A stretch of DNA of 64,000 nt from an uncultured virus (IMG/VR IMGVR_UViG_2609459938_000002) (Duplodnaviria; Heunggongvirae; Uroviricota; Caudoviricetes), in the IMG/VR virus record IMGVR_UViG_2609459938_000002, positions 1-64,000 of that record; one strand, 5' to 3'. Positions 9,596-18,522 of this stretch are shown here, one piece after another (the stretch's first letter is position 1; the number at the start of each line of letters is the position of its first letter). The notes beneath the pieces are model-generated. The model ran no database searches. It was not told the origin of the DNA and was given only the letters and a program-made list of their open reading frames with translations. The translations under genes and the position numbers were made by a program.

Positions 9596-10401
9596 GCAAG
9601 CCATTTCTCAAATGGGCTGGTGGAAAGTATACCCAGCTGGCTGATCTGTTCGTGCATATCCCGGCAGGGAAACGCCTGATAGAGCCATTCGTTGGTGGTG
9701 GGTCTGTGTTCCTGAACAGCGAAAAGCACGCAGATTACCTGCTGGCGGACGTTAACCCGGACCTGATTAATCTGTATCAGATGTTAGCGGTGGTGCCGGA
9801 TGAAGTGGAATTGAAGGCCCGCTGGATGTTCGAGCACATGCGGTCACCAGATGGCTATGAGCTGATCCGTTCCGAGTTCAACGCACAGACGCTGGATGCT
9901 ACTGAACGCGCAGCTGCATTCCTGTATCTCAACCGGCATTGCTTCAATGGCCTGATGCGCTACAACCAGGCGAACAAGTTTAATGTGGGCTGGGGAGGCT
10001 ACAAGGCCCCGTATTACCCGATGGATGAGATGAAAGCCTTCGCGGCTATGGCGCATAACTGCGTATTCATGACCGCTGACTATCGCCGGACAATCAGCCT
10101 GGCCGGGAAAGGGGATGTGGTTTACTGCGATCCGCCTTACGAACCGATGCCTGGAACAACCGGATTCACCGCCTACGCCGCTGGTGGTTTTAACTGGGAG
10201 TGCCAGGTAGACCTGGCGAAGCAATGTGTATCTGCCTTTCACCGTGGGGCTCGGGTAGTAATTTCAAACTCATCTGCACCGAAGGTTCTCGACCTGTACC
10301 GGGAGCATGGTTTTAACCTGCAATTCATCAATGCGCGCCGTTCGATCTCCTGCAAAAGCAGTACGCGGGAAGTCGCAAAAGACGTTGTAGCGATCCTTTA
10401 A
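9592..10401 (+). CDS. dam: Dam-family DNA adenine methyltransferase
   Basis: LKWAGGK, EPFVGGGSV, YCDPPY. Confidence 0.92.
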   Translation: MSKPFLKWAGGKYTQLADLFVHIPAGKRLIEPFVGGGSVFLNSEKHADYLLADVNPDLINLYQMLAVVPDEVELKARWMFEHMRSPDGYELIRSEFNAQTLDATERAAAFLYLNRHCFNGLMRYNQANKFNVGWGGYKAPYYPMDEMKAFAAMAHNCVFMTADYRRTISLAGKGDVVYCDPPYEPMPGTTGFTAYAAGGFNWECQVDLAKQCVSAFHRGARVVISNSSAPKVLDLYREHGFNLQFINARRSISCKSSTREVAKDVVAIL

Positions 10402-10410
10402 GGGGGCTAA

Positions 10411-10788
10411 ATGAAACTGACTTTACCATTTCCACCGAGCGTAAATAGTTACTGGCGCGCCCCGAGCAAGGGACCGCTGAAAGGCAGGCATCTGGTTAGC
10501 GAGACAGGGCGCAAGTTCCAGCAGGCAGCGAGAGCGGCGATTATTGAGCAACTGCGGGCCGTTCCCCGGCCATCCTCTGATCTGGCCGAGGTTCACATAG
10601 TGTTGTATCCGCCGGATCAACGCCGTCGGGATATCGATAACTACAACAAAGCGCTGTTCGATGCCCTGACTCTAACAGGCGTCTGGGAAGACGACAGTCA
10701 GGTTAAGCGCATGCTGGTGGAGTGGGGGAACATCGTGAAGAAAGGGAAAGTAGAAATCACCATCCGACGTTTTCGTGCAGTTGCCTGA
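10411..10788 (+). CDS. rusA: RusA Holliday junction resolvase
   Basis: LPFPPSVNSYWR, RRDIDNYNKALFDAL, DDSQV. Confidence 0.92.
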   Translation: MKLTLPFPPSVNSYWRAPSKGPLKGRHLVSETGRKFQQAARAAIIEQLRAVPRPSSDLAEVHIVLYPPDQRRRDIDNYNKALFDALTLTGVWEDDSQVKRMLVEWGNIVKKGKVEITIRRFRAVA

Positions 10789-10800
10789 CGTGGAGATGAT

Positions 10801-11781
10801 ATGAGAGCACTACTAACCCCTGAGATTGCCCCACGCATGGGCGTTGTTCTTCTTCGCCCAGGTGCTGATCTCATGCCGATGTTCAGGAGAGGGCGGGTAC
10901 TGATTGAGCCTGCACCGGAAAAATACAGCGACTACGCAACCGGCGCCATCCCTCCCGCCACGCAGCCACTGGCAGAAGACCCGGTTTTGAAGCCAGTCTT
11001 CGAAAACAAAGACGTCATTCTGCGCGCGGGTGGTATCAGCTCGCTGGAGGCCGAGCTGGAGCGTCGTTTTGAATGCCAGTATCCCCACGGCTCTTGGCAC
11101 AGCGAAAATTTTACGCTGTTCCGGCATGAGCCTGGCAGCATCCGCCTTTGCTGGGCCTGCGATAACCTGGTGCGTGATCAGTACACAGAGACGCTGGCAG
11201 GCATTGCGCGTGAGAACCTGGTATCCTGGCTGATAACGGTCATCCGCTCACAGCTGGGGTTCAACGAAGACCATCAACTGACGATCCCCGAGTTGTGCTG
11301 GTGGCTGGTGATAAACAATCTGGCACACGTCATCCCTGAATCGCTGGCCCGGAAAGCCCTGCGATTGCCGGAAATACAGCATAAGCCGGTGATGAAGGAG
11401 AGCGATATTGTGCCGGAGCCAGCGGCGAGCGAAGTGGTGCAGAAAAAGATTCTTGGTCTTCGCGTAGATCCTGAAACGCCGGAATCATTCATGCTGCGAC
11501 CAAAGCGCCGCCGCTGGGTAAACGAGAGCTGGACGCGCTGGGTTAAGTCTCAGCAGTGTGTCTGCTGTAACAAACAAGCAGATGATCCCCATCACCTGAT
11601 AGGCCACGGACAAGGTGGAATGGGAACAAAAGCGCATGACCTGTTTGTGTTGCCGCTTTGCAGAGCGCATCACGACGAGTTGCACGCTGACACCGTGGCA
11701 TTTGAGGAGAAGCACGGCTCACAGCTGGAGCTGCTGTTTCGATTTCTGGATCGTTCGCTGGCAATTGGCGTGCTGGCATAG
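10801..11781 (+). CDS. DUF968/YdfU-like protein with C-terminal HNH-like Zn motif
   Basis: CVCC..ADDPHHLIGHG..PLCRAHH. Confidence 0.85.
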   Translation: MRALLTPEIAPRMGVVLLRPGADLMPMFRRGRVLIEPAPEKYSDYATGAIPPATQPLAEDPVLKPVFENKDVILRAGGISSLEAELERRFECQYPHGSWHSENFTLFRHEPGSIRLCWACDNLVRDQYTETLAGIARENLVSWLITVIRSQLGFNEDHQLTIPELCWWLVINNLAHVIPESLARKALRLPEIQHKPVMKESDIVPEPAASEVVQKKILGLRVDPETPESFMLRPKRRRWVNESWTRWVKSQQCVCCNKQADDPHHLIGHGQGGMGTKAHDLFVLPLCRAHHDELHADTVAFEEKHGSQLELLFRFLDRSLAIGVLA

Positions 11782-11794
11782 TGGAGAACGCATA

Positions 11795-12373
11795 ATGATT
11801 AACCCGTCCGAGGTTGGAAAAGCTGGTGAAATGGTCAGGCTGAAAACGCTGGAGGCCATCTGGATTCAGGGGAAGCTGCGCATGTGGGGCCGTTGGTCCT
11901 ACATCGGCGGCGGTAGTGGCGGCAATATGTTTAATCAGCTGTTGTCGTCAGGGAAGATAACGAAGACTGCTATAAACGATGCGTTGCGCCGTATGAAAAA
12001 ATCAGGCATTACCAAGCCAGAGCTGGAAGCGTTCTTTAAGGAAATCCTCAGTGGTAAAAATAAAAGCGGTCTGGCTTTTTGTACTGACGAGGAAGGGTTG
12101 ATAATTGATTCTGTGCTTAGTGCTCAGCTTGTGCGTTCCGGTAATAAAGCTCTCTATAAGTTAATCAAGGATCGATATGTCTACCGCATGAGTAAGAAGG
12201 CGATGGCGAAAGAGCTAAACGAAAAGCATCCAGAATGGTGCTTGCGGACTTGTGAGAGCAGGATCGATGTTTGGTTAAATCTTGCAGAATCGATGCTTTA
12301 CGCACCAATGTGTGACGCATTTGGCACAAATGGCGACAGATTTTACTTGAATAGTTGCGCGGAAAGTGCTTGA
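11795..12373 (+). CDS. Late antiterminator Q-like protein (DUF1133 type)
   Basis: Position before the late promoter region and lysis genes; WIQGKLRMWGRW. Confidence 0.7.
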   Translation: MINPSEVGKAGEMVRLKTLEAIWIQGKLRMWGRWSYIGGGSGGNMFNQLLSSGKITKTAINDALRRMKKSGITKPELEAFFKEILSGKNKSGLAFCTDEEGLIIDSVLSAQLVRSGNKALYKLIKDRYVYRMSKKAMAKELNEKHPEWCLRTCESRIDVWLNLAESMLYAPMCDAFGTNGDRFYLNSCAESA

Positions 12374-12424
12374 ATTGTGATAAGCTCGGGACGTTAAAGC
12401 GAACTGAGCAGCAAAACAAAACAT

Positions 12425-12450
12425 AAGCCCGCCACCTGTGCGGGTTTTTT
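12425..12450 (+). terminator. Intrinsic terminator after Q (tR'-like)
   Basis: AAGCCCGC-CACCTGT-GCGGGTTTTTT. Confidence 0.7.
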
Positions 12451-12530
12451 CATTTCTGATTTAAAAAACATTTCTGACATAACCGTTTTGGAAATATGCT
12501 AAATCCACACATCAACAAATAGGTGGATAT

Positions 12531-12863
12531 ATGCAGCAGATTACAAATCATCAAATACCTCTTAATGGCACAAGCCCATCAGATTTAAATACTCTGAAAG
12601 GTATTATCGAATCCAATGCGGGTGTGTTCGACGAGCATCTCCTTACTGGTTTTGGTGGTGATGCGCGGTACTCAGTCATTGATGGTTCTTTTAAAATCAC
12701 AATGATAGCTGAAGGCTTTTTTGAATATACAGCTGAGATAAATTTCTACGCTGGGTGCGCAGACATGGACGACACCAGCACTATCAATGGGACTATGGAG
12801 TTTGAAATCGAAGGTGACAATATCATCATCGACTTGGATGAAACTGTCTGGGACGTCAGATAA
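12531..12863 (+). CDS. Acidic hypothetical moron protein
   Basis: Own RBS (AGGTGG), low GC, followed by terminator at 12889-12914. Confidence 0.7.
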   Translation: MQQITNHQIPLNGTSPSDLNTLKGIIESNAGVFDEHLLTGFGGDARYSVIDGSFKITMIAEGFFEYTAEINFYAGCADMDDTSTINGTMEFEIEGDNIIIDLDETVWDVR

Positions 12864-12958
12864 AAAAGTAACTATCTATCAACAGAGCAAGACCTCTTTT
12901 TAGAGGTCTTTTTTATTCCCCTCATTCTGAGAGGATTCACAGCAATTGAGGGGGACCG

Positions 12959-13345
12959 ATGTCCGAACCAATAACCGGCACAGGCTTAGCTGGTGGCGCT
13001 TTAACTGGGGCGAGTGTTTACGGGCTGTTAACCGGTACTGACTACGGTGTTGTGTTCGGGGCATTTGCCGGTTCTGTCTTTTATATAGCGACAGCGGCAG
13101 ATTTGAGCGCCCCACGACGGATGGCCTATTTCGTTGTGTCCTATATCGCTGGAGTTCTGTGCTCCGGGCTGGTCGGTTCTAAGCTATCCGACCTCACCGG
13201 GTATAACGATAAGCCTCTGGATGCTATTGGTGCCGTAATCATTTCGGCATTAGCCGTGAAAATACTCACTTTCCTGAACAATCAGGATATTGGCTCGCTG
13301 GTGGCGCTAATAACGCGCCGGGGAGGTTCCGGTGGTACTAAATGA
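12959..13345 (+). CDS. Putative holin
   Basis: Multi-TM; DYGVVFGAFAG motif; first gene of lysis cassette. Confidence 0.8.
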   Translation: MSEPITGTGLAGGALTGASVYGLLTGTDYGVVFGAFAGSVFYIATAADLSAPRRMAYFVVSYIAGVLCSGLVGSKLSDLTGYNDKPLDAIGAVIISALAVKILTFLNNQDIGSLVALITRRGGSGGTK

Positions 13346-13613
13346 TCCTACTGCAACCATCAATGCGCTGTTATGTGCTGGTGTCGTTGTTACGTTGATG
13401 TTCTATCGCCGCAGAGACTCACGTCATCGTAAGTGGGTGTCGCGGCTGGCATGGCTGATAACAGTGATATACAGCTCTGTGCCGTTGGCGTATCTGTGCG
13501 GCATCTATCCCTATTCATCATGGCCCACCATTGCGGCCAATATCATGATCCTTGTTGTGCTGCTGAGCGTAAGAGGCAATGTAGCGCGGCTGGTTGATGC
13601 ACTGAGGCACTAA
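13332..13613 (+). CDS. Second holin-family membrane protein
   Basis: Three TM segments, C-terminal RGNVARL. Confidence 0.75.
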   Translation: MVLNDPTATINALLCAGVVVTLMFYRRRDSRHRKWVSRLAWLITVIYSSVPLAYLCGIYPYSSWPTIAANIMILVVLLSVRGNVARLVDALRH

Positions 13614-14242
13614 TGAATCAAACACAATTCCAGAAGGCGGCTGGTATTAGCGCCGGGTTAGCTGCGCGCTGGTTTCCGCATATTACAGCCGCGATGAAAG
13701 AGTTTGGCATCACTGCTCCACTCGATCAGGCAATGTTCATTGCCCAGATGGGACATGAGTCCGGAGGCTTTACCCGACTGGTGGAAAATCTGAACTATTC
13801 AGCAGATAGCCTTGTGCCTACGTTCGGTAAACACCGTATCACCGCCCAGCAGGCCGCAGCACTCGGCAGAACGGCAACACAACCAGCTAATCAGCGAGCA
13901 ATCGCGAATCTGGTGTATGGGGGCGAGTGGGGCAAAAAGAATCTCGGTAATCAGGTTGCCGGTGATGGCTGGAAATATCGCGGTCGCGGCCTGAAACAGA
14001 TTACCGGGTTAGCCAACTATCGCGACTGCGGAATCGCATTAAAGGTCGACCTTATTACTCACCCTGAGCTGCTGGAGCAGGACTCATACGCAGCTCGATC
14101 GGCAGCGTGGTTCTTTGCCTCTAAAGGGTGCCTGAAATGGTCTGGTGACCTTGTTCGAGTCACACAGATTATCAACGGCGGACAGAACGGCATTGATGAC
14201 CGTAAAGCCCGCTATCTCCTGGCAAAAAGCATTTTGGTTTGA
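13613..14242 (+). CDS. Glycoside hydrolase family 19 endolysin
   Basis: AQMGHESGGF, YRGRGLKQITG, INGGQNG. Confidence 0.92.
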   Translation: MNQTQFQKAAGISAGLAARWFPHITAAMKEFGITAPLDQAMFIAQMGHESGGFTRLVENLNYSADSLVPTFGKHRITAQQAAALGRTATQPANQRAIANLVYGGEWGKKNLGNQVAGDGWKYRGRGLKQITGLANYRDCGIALKVDLITHPELLEQDSYAARSAAWFFASKGCLKWSGDLVRVTQIINGGQNGIDDRKARYLLAKSILV

Positions 14243-14249
14243 GGGAAAT

Positions 14250-14426
14250 ATGAACTATCTCATTAATCGGCTGAAAGAGCCTTCCACCTGGCGCGGCATC
14301 ATCCTGGTCATTGCTGGCGTATTTGGCTATCAGATGCCTCCAGGCATTCAGGAAACCGTCATCGCTGGCGGCGTAGCGCTGGCTGGCGTTGTTGGTGCGG
14401 TGATGCCGGACAGCGTTAAGAAGTAA
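14250..14426 (+). CDS. 58-aa two-TM membrane protein (EPSTWRG motif)
   Basis: GAGG RBS; directly after the endolysin. Confidence 0.7.
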   Translation: MNYLINRLKEPSTWRGIILVIAGVFGYQMPPGIQETVIAGGVALAGVVGAVMPDSVKK

Positions 14427-14447
14427 CCTGGCCAGAAACCTGCAGGC

Positions 14448-14630
14448 CTACAGTAACCCACTTTCCTTTAGTTTTTTAGCCAATAAGTAATTGGTGATTA
14501 CTCCAAGAGAAACCCCAACAATCCACGGCACAGCTGAATTAAGCATTAGCGAGTTGTTCACATTAATGCTGGCGGTGATGCAGGCATAGGTATTTGTAAA
14601 AGCAAACCATGTAAAAAGTATCTGTTTCAT
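14448..14630 (-). CDS. Small membrane protein, antisense moron
   Basis: GGAG RBS; two hydrophobic segments; low GC. Confidence 0.5.
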   Translation of the reverse strand: MKQILFTWFAFTNTYACITASINVNNSLMLNSAVPWIVGVSLGVITNYLLAKKLKESGLL

Positions 14631-14996
14631 TTGGTTATCTCCATGCTTTCCCTCCCAACAATATCCACCTACGAGCTAGTAAAAGCAAACCAGTTACAAC
14701 CGAAAAGGCTACGAAACATGTGAAGTAAAACCTCTGGACGGCGGCACTGTAAAGGCTACCGAACTCTATCGCGCGGAGTCAGTGTAATCGGGATAAAGGC
14801 GATATCAGAAAAACTGAACAACTACGAGCGGGAGATAAATGGACCCATCCCTGAGGTCCATGGATGTAAACGCAAGGTAAGTCATTTATGGCTCTCTTAG
14901 CCTGGCACTTATCCACGGAAACAACAAGCGTAAGCGGTAGGTATTTATGATTTTTTTTCTGCTGCTTTATCCACAGCAAACCGAAGGAACTACGAA

Positions 14997-15290
14997 ATGA
15001 GTGAAGCAAAACCGCAGGACGGAAGCACTGTAAAAGGCTACCGCACATTAACCGCTGGCGACATTGAGCGCATGAACCGCCTCAAAGGTGTCAGCCGGCA
15101 CTTCTGTAGTTTGCTTGATACCGAGCGAGGTGAATTGTTGGCTGTGCGTAATGGCCCGGCAATGTTAAGTGCTGAGCAGGCTCGGGAGATTGATGAAGCT
15201 ATGCGCTGTCTGGCAATCGCCCGCACCAAAATGCAGGAAGCTTGTATGTGGGCATGCCGCGCAGTTGCCCGGCCAGATGCTGACTGTTAA
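14997..15290 (+). CDS. acb2: Acb2-like cyclic-nucleotide sponge (anti-CBASS)
   Basis: KGYRTL..MNRLK at the N-terminus and RCLAIARTKMQEACMWACRAVARP at the C-terminus match the Acb2 family pattern. Confidence 0.8.
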   Translation: MSEAKPQDGSTVKGYRTLTAGDIERMNRLKGVSRHFCSLLDTERGELLAVRNGPAMLSAEQAREIDEAMRCLAIARTKMQEACMWACRAVARPDADC

Positions 15291-15350
15291 CCCCGCCAAG
15301 GGATAAATCACCAACTATCCCCTCCCGAGGATAAAGCAATGAAGCAATAA

Positions 15351-15557
15351 GCGGACAGACCGCAGCCGAAAGGCAATGGAGCAGTCGTGATGCTTCCCTG
15401 AGTCGCCATTGAGCGAGCCTGTGTAGTGACGGGTCAAGGTTCTTATATCAAAAGCAGCTCCGGTAAAGCAGCGCGAATGCCAAACGTGCACCGGTTATGA
15501 GCGGCGATGATGCGACAGCAACTCAAGGGCATGAGCGTGGCCACTCCGGGAAGTGGC
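15351..15557 (+). ncRNA. Candidate multi-stem structured RNA
   Basis: No ORF; eight or more nested helices identified by eye (see findings). Confidence 0.5.
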
Positions 15558-15630
15558 AATGCATTACAGCAGGCATTCACTGAGTGCCTGTGATAATGTC
15601 GATGCGTTACTTAATCGAGAGGGCAAGTAA

Positions 15631-15837
15631 ATGCAATGGACATCAGTAAAATTTCAATTACCACAGCCGACAAAACAGGTTTCTTGGTATATCGTAAATA
15701 CGGTTAAAGGTGTTGGCTTTGCGGAATTCAATCCCCTAACCGGATTTAGCAATGTCGTGATTATTGATAACAGCCAGTTTTTTAATCTTGAAATAACTCA
15801 CTGGATGCCTTTACCTCCGCCACCGTCAAGCAATTAA
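15631..15837 (+). CDS. DUF551-like protein
   Basis: WTSV..LP and ITHWMPLPPPP motifs. Confidence 0.7.
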   Translation: MQWTSVKFQLPQPTKQVSWYIVNTVKGVGFAEFNPLTGFSNVVIIDNSQFFNLEITHWMPLPPPPSSN

Positions 15838-15909
15838 AATACCTTGCTTTCTACCGAGTCATTACTGAGCCACTAGCTTTCGCTGGTGGCTTTTTTTATT
15901 GGAGTGAAT

Positions 15910-16200
15910 ATGGCAACTAATTCACCCTGGCATCACCTCTATAACACCAAACGTTGGTACCGGCTGCGTTATCACCAGCTTCAGAAGCAGCCACTCTGCG
16001 AGTTTCACCTCAGGCGAAATCAGGTGATATCCGCAACCGTTGTTGATCACATCAAACCTCACAAGGGCGATGAAACCCTCTTCCACGACCCGGACAATCT
16101 TCAGTCGCTATGCAAGCGCTGCCACGACTCGGTTAAGCAACGCATGGAGAAGGGCGGAACGGTTACCGAGTTCGACAATGAAGGCAGGGTAATCTGGTAA
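15910..16200 (+). CDS. HNH endonuclease (terminase-associated, gp74-like)
   Basis: VVDHIKPH..NLQSLCKRCH; position before terS. Confidence 0.88.
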   Translation: MATNSPWHHLYNTKRWYRLRYHQLQKQPLCEFHLRRNQVISATVVDHIKPHKGDETLFHDPDNLQSLCKRCHDSVKQRMEKGGTVTEFDNEGRVIW

Positions 16201-16212
16201 CAGGAGCGCGCA

Positions 16213-16422
16213 ATGCAAGACCTGAAGATTGAATACCGGGATGGCAAGCTGGTGGAACTGAGCATTGATGGTGTGAGCTTTCTTTCTGCATCCTCCATCT
16301 CCTTCAGTCATACAGCAAACGAGACGCTACCAACGATCATCCTGACAATGTCTGTCGGTGTCGGTGAGCGCCTGGAGCCACCCAGTCCTCCTCGTGAAAA
16401 CCTGCGGATCATCGAGAAATGA
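16213..16422 (+). CDS. Hypothetical protein
   Basis: GGAG RBS; ORF. Confidence 0.6.
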   Translation: MQDLKIEYRDGKLVELSIDGVSFLSASSISFSHTANETLPTIILTMSVGVGERLEPPSPPRENLRIIEK

Positions 16423-16444
16423 TAGCTTTTCTCATTATCAGCCC

Positions 16445-16520
16445 GACAGGGTGGGGGGAGGGGTAAAACTCTGGCGGCAATCGTAAAAAGACCGCGCCCC
16501 CAGTTTTCTTTTCAAAAACG
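16445..16520. other. Probable cos region of prophage 1
   Basis: G-run/C-run element (GGGGGGAGGGG...ACCGCGCCCCC) between HNH and terS, the usual cos position in HK97-like phages. Confidence 0.45.
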
Positions 16521-16543
16521 TCCAGAAAAAAAGGAAAAAAGCG

Positions 16544-16978
16544 ATGGCACAGCGAGGCAGAAAATCTCTTGCCGCGACGACGGCTGTGTCGCTTCCGGCT
16601 CTGGCTGAAAGCAGGCTGCAGCCCTCGTTACACCTTAGCGATCCAGAGATAAACGTCTGGATCAGACTGGTTAACGATAACCCGGCCAGCTCATTTACTG
16701 AAACACATCGCGACATGATGGAAATGTACTGTCGGCATGTGGTGCAGGCGAGACTGTTAACCACTCAGATCGAGGAGTTTGAGCTGGAGTGGCTGGCTCG
16801 GGATGATGGGCTGAAGCGCTACGATAAATTGCTCACGATGCGCGAACGTGAAGTACGGTCTGCGTCTTCACTGGCAACGCGACTGCGTATCACCCGGCAG
16901 GCGACTGCTGATCCTAAAACAGTAGGACGCGCCAACAAAAATCTGCCGCGGGAGAAAAAACCCTGGGAAATTGAATAA
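16544..16978 (+). CDS. terS: Terminase small subunit
   Basis: Position upstream of terL; RGRK N-terminus; LATRLRIT. Confidence 0.75.
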   Translation: MAQRGRKSLAATTAVSLPALAESRLQPSLHLSDPEINVWIRLVNDNPASSFTETHRDMMEMYCRHVVQARLLTTQIEEFELEWLARDDGLKRYDKLLTMREREVRSASSLATRLRITRQATADPKTVGRANKNLPREKKPWEIE

Positions 16979-16987
16979 GGCTCTTCG

Positions 16988-18520
16988 ATGGCTAAAAAAA
17001 CTCTGACAAGAGCCGAGAGGAATATCCTCTGGTGCGAAAGAAATATTTATATTCCCGAAGGTAAGTTTGTCGGCCAGCCGCTGAAAATGGCTGAGTTCAT
17101 GAAGGATGACTTCAGAGCCATTTTCGACAACAAGCATGGTACACGTCGCGCAATCATCAGTCGCGGGCGAAAAAACGCCAAAACGGTGGAAACCGCCATG
17201 CTGATGTTGCTCTACCTGGTAGGGCCCGAGGCTGCACCGAACTCGCAGCTGTATTCTGCGGCACGGTCACGCGACCAGGCGGCCATTCTGTTTAACCTGG
17301 CCTCGAAGATGTGCCGGATGAACCCGGTACTAATGCAGTACGTTGCGATCAAGGATTCAGCTAAAGAAATCCACTGCCCTGAGCTGGGTTCTTATTACCG
17401 CGCACTGAGTGCCGAAGCTACCACGGCCTATGGTTTCTCGCCGCGATTTGTTGCACACGACGAACTGGGCCAGGTTCGTGGGCCGCGAGACCCGCTTTAT
17501 GAAGCGCTGGAAACCGCCACCGCTGCACAGGATAACCCTATTTCGATAATCATCAGCACCCAGGCGCCCGATGCGAGCGACCTGCTTAGCCTGCTGATTG
17601 ATGATGGCCTGACCGGAGCCGATCCCCGGACGGTGGTCCGGCTTCAGACCGCGCCGGAAGATATCGATCCTTTCTCTGTCGAGGCCATCAGGCTGGCAAA
17701 CCCGGCCTTCGATGTGTTCATGAACCAGAAAGAAGTGCTGGATATGGCCGCCAGTGCGAAACGCCTGCCGTCTCGCCAGGCAGAGTTTGAGAACCTTGTG
17801 TTAAACCGCAGGGTTGAAGCGAAAAGCCCGTTCGTTAGCCAGAGTGTATGGCATATGAACAAGGAGGAACCCGGCGAACTTGCGGGGGCTACCGTATGGG
17901 GCGGGCTCGATCTTTCCAGCGTGTCAGACCTGACCGCACTGGTGCTGAACACCACGCAGGGAGATGTGCACTGTAAATTCTGGCTACCGGAGGAAGGGCT
18001 GGCAGATAAGGCGCGTAATGATCGTGTGCCTTATGACATATGGGCGAAGCAGGGCTGGCTAAACACGACACCTGGTAAGGCTATCGAGTATGGATTTATC
18101 GCGAGGGAGCTGCGGCGCGTTTTTGATCTCTGTAACGTCAGGGCGCTGGCGTTTGACCGCTATAACATGCGCTTCCTTCGCCCGCATCTCATCGATGCTG
18201 GTTTCACCGATGTGGAGCTCGAACGATTCGTAGAGTTCGGTCAGGGGTTTGTTTCCATGTCGCCTGCTCTCAGGGAGCTGGAAGCCAAACTGCTCGGTGC
18301 GCAGCTGAAGCACGGCAATCATCCGATCCTCGAAATGTGCGCCAAAAACGCCACGGTAATCACTGACCCTGCCGGTAACCGCAAGTTTGTGAAAGGTAAG
18401 TCGAGCGGACGTATCGACGGCATGGTAGCGCTGGCGATGTCTATTGGCGCGCAGACCAGTGACGAGGTAGAGGAGCAGGGGGACGTTAATGATTTCATTT
18501 ACAACTTTTTGAGCGTGTAA
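16988..18520 (+). CDS. terL: Terminase large subunit
   Basis: GRKNAKT Walker A, HDELG Walker B, GLDLS, RIDGMVA. Confidence 0.93.
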   Translation: MAKKTLTRAERNILWCERNIYIPEGKFVGQPLKMAEFMKDDFRAIFDNKHGTRRAIISRGRKNAKTVETAMLMLLYLVGPEAAPNSQLYSAARSRDQAAILFNLASKMCRMNPVLMQYVAIKDSAKEIHCPELGSYYRALSAEATTAYGFSPRFVAHDELGQVRGPRDPLYEALETATAAQDNPISIIISTQAPDASDLLSLLIDDGLTGADPRTVVRLQTAPEDIDPFSVEAIRLANPAFDVFMNQKEVLDMAASAKRLPSRQAEFENLVLNRRVEAKSPFVSQSVWHMNKEEPGELAGATVWGGLDLSSVSDLTALVLNTTQGDVHCKFWLPEEGLADKARNDRVPYDIWAKQGWLNTTPGKAIEYGFIARELRRVFDLCNVRALAFDRYNMRFLRPHLIDAGFTDVELERFVEFGQGFVSMSPALRELEAKLLGAQLKHGNHPILEMCAKNATVITDPAGNRKFVKGKSSGRIDGMVALAMSIGAQTSDEVEEQGDVNDFIYNFLSV

Positions 18521-18522
18521 AA

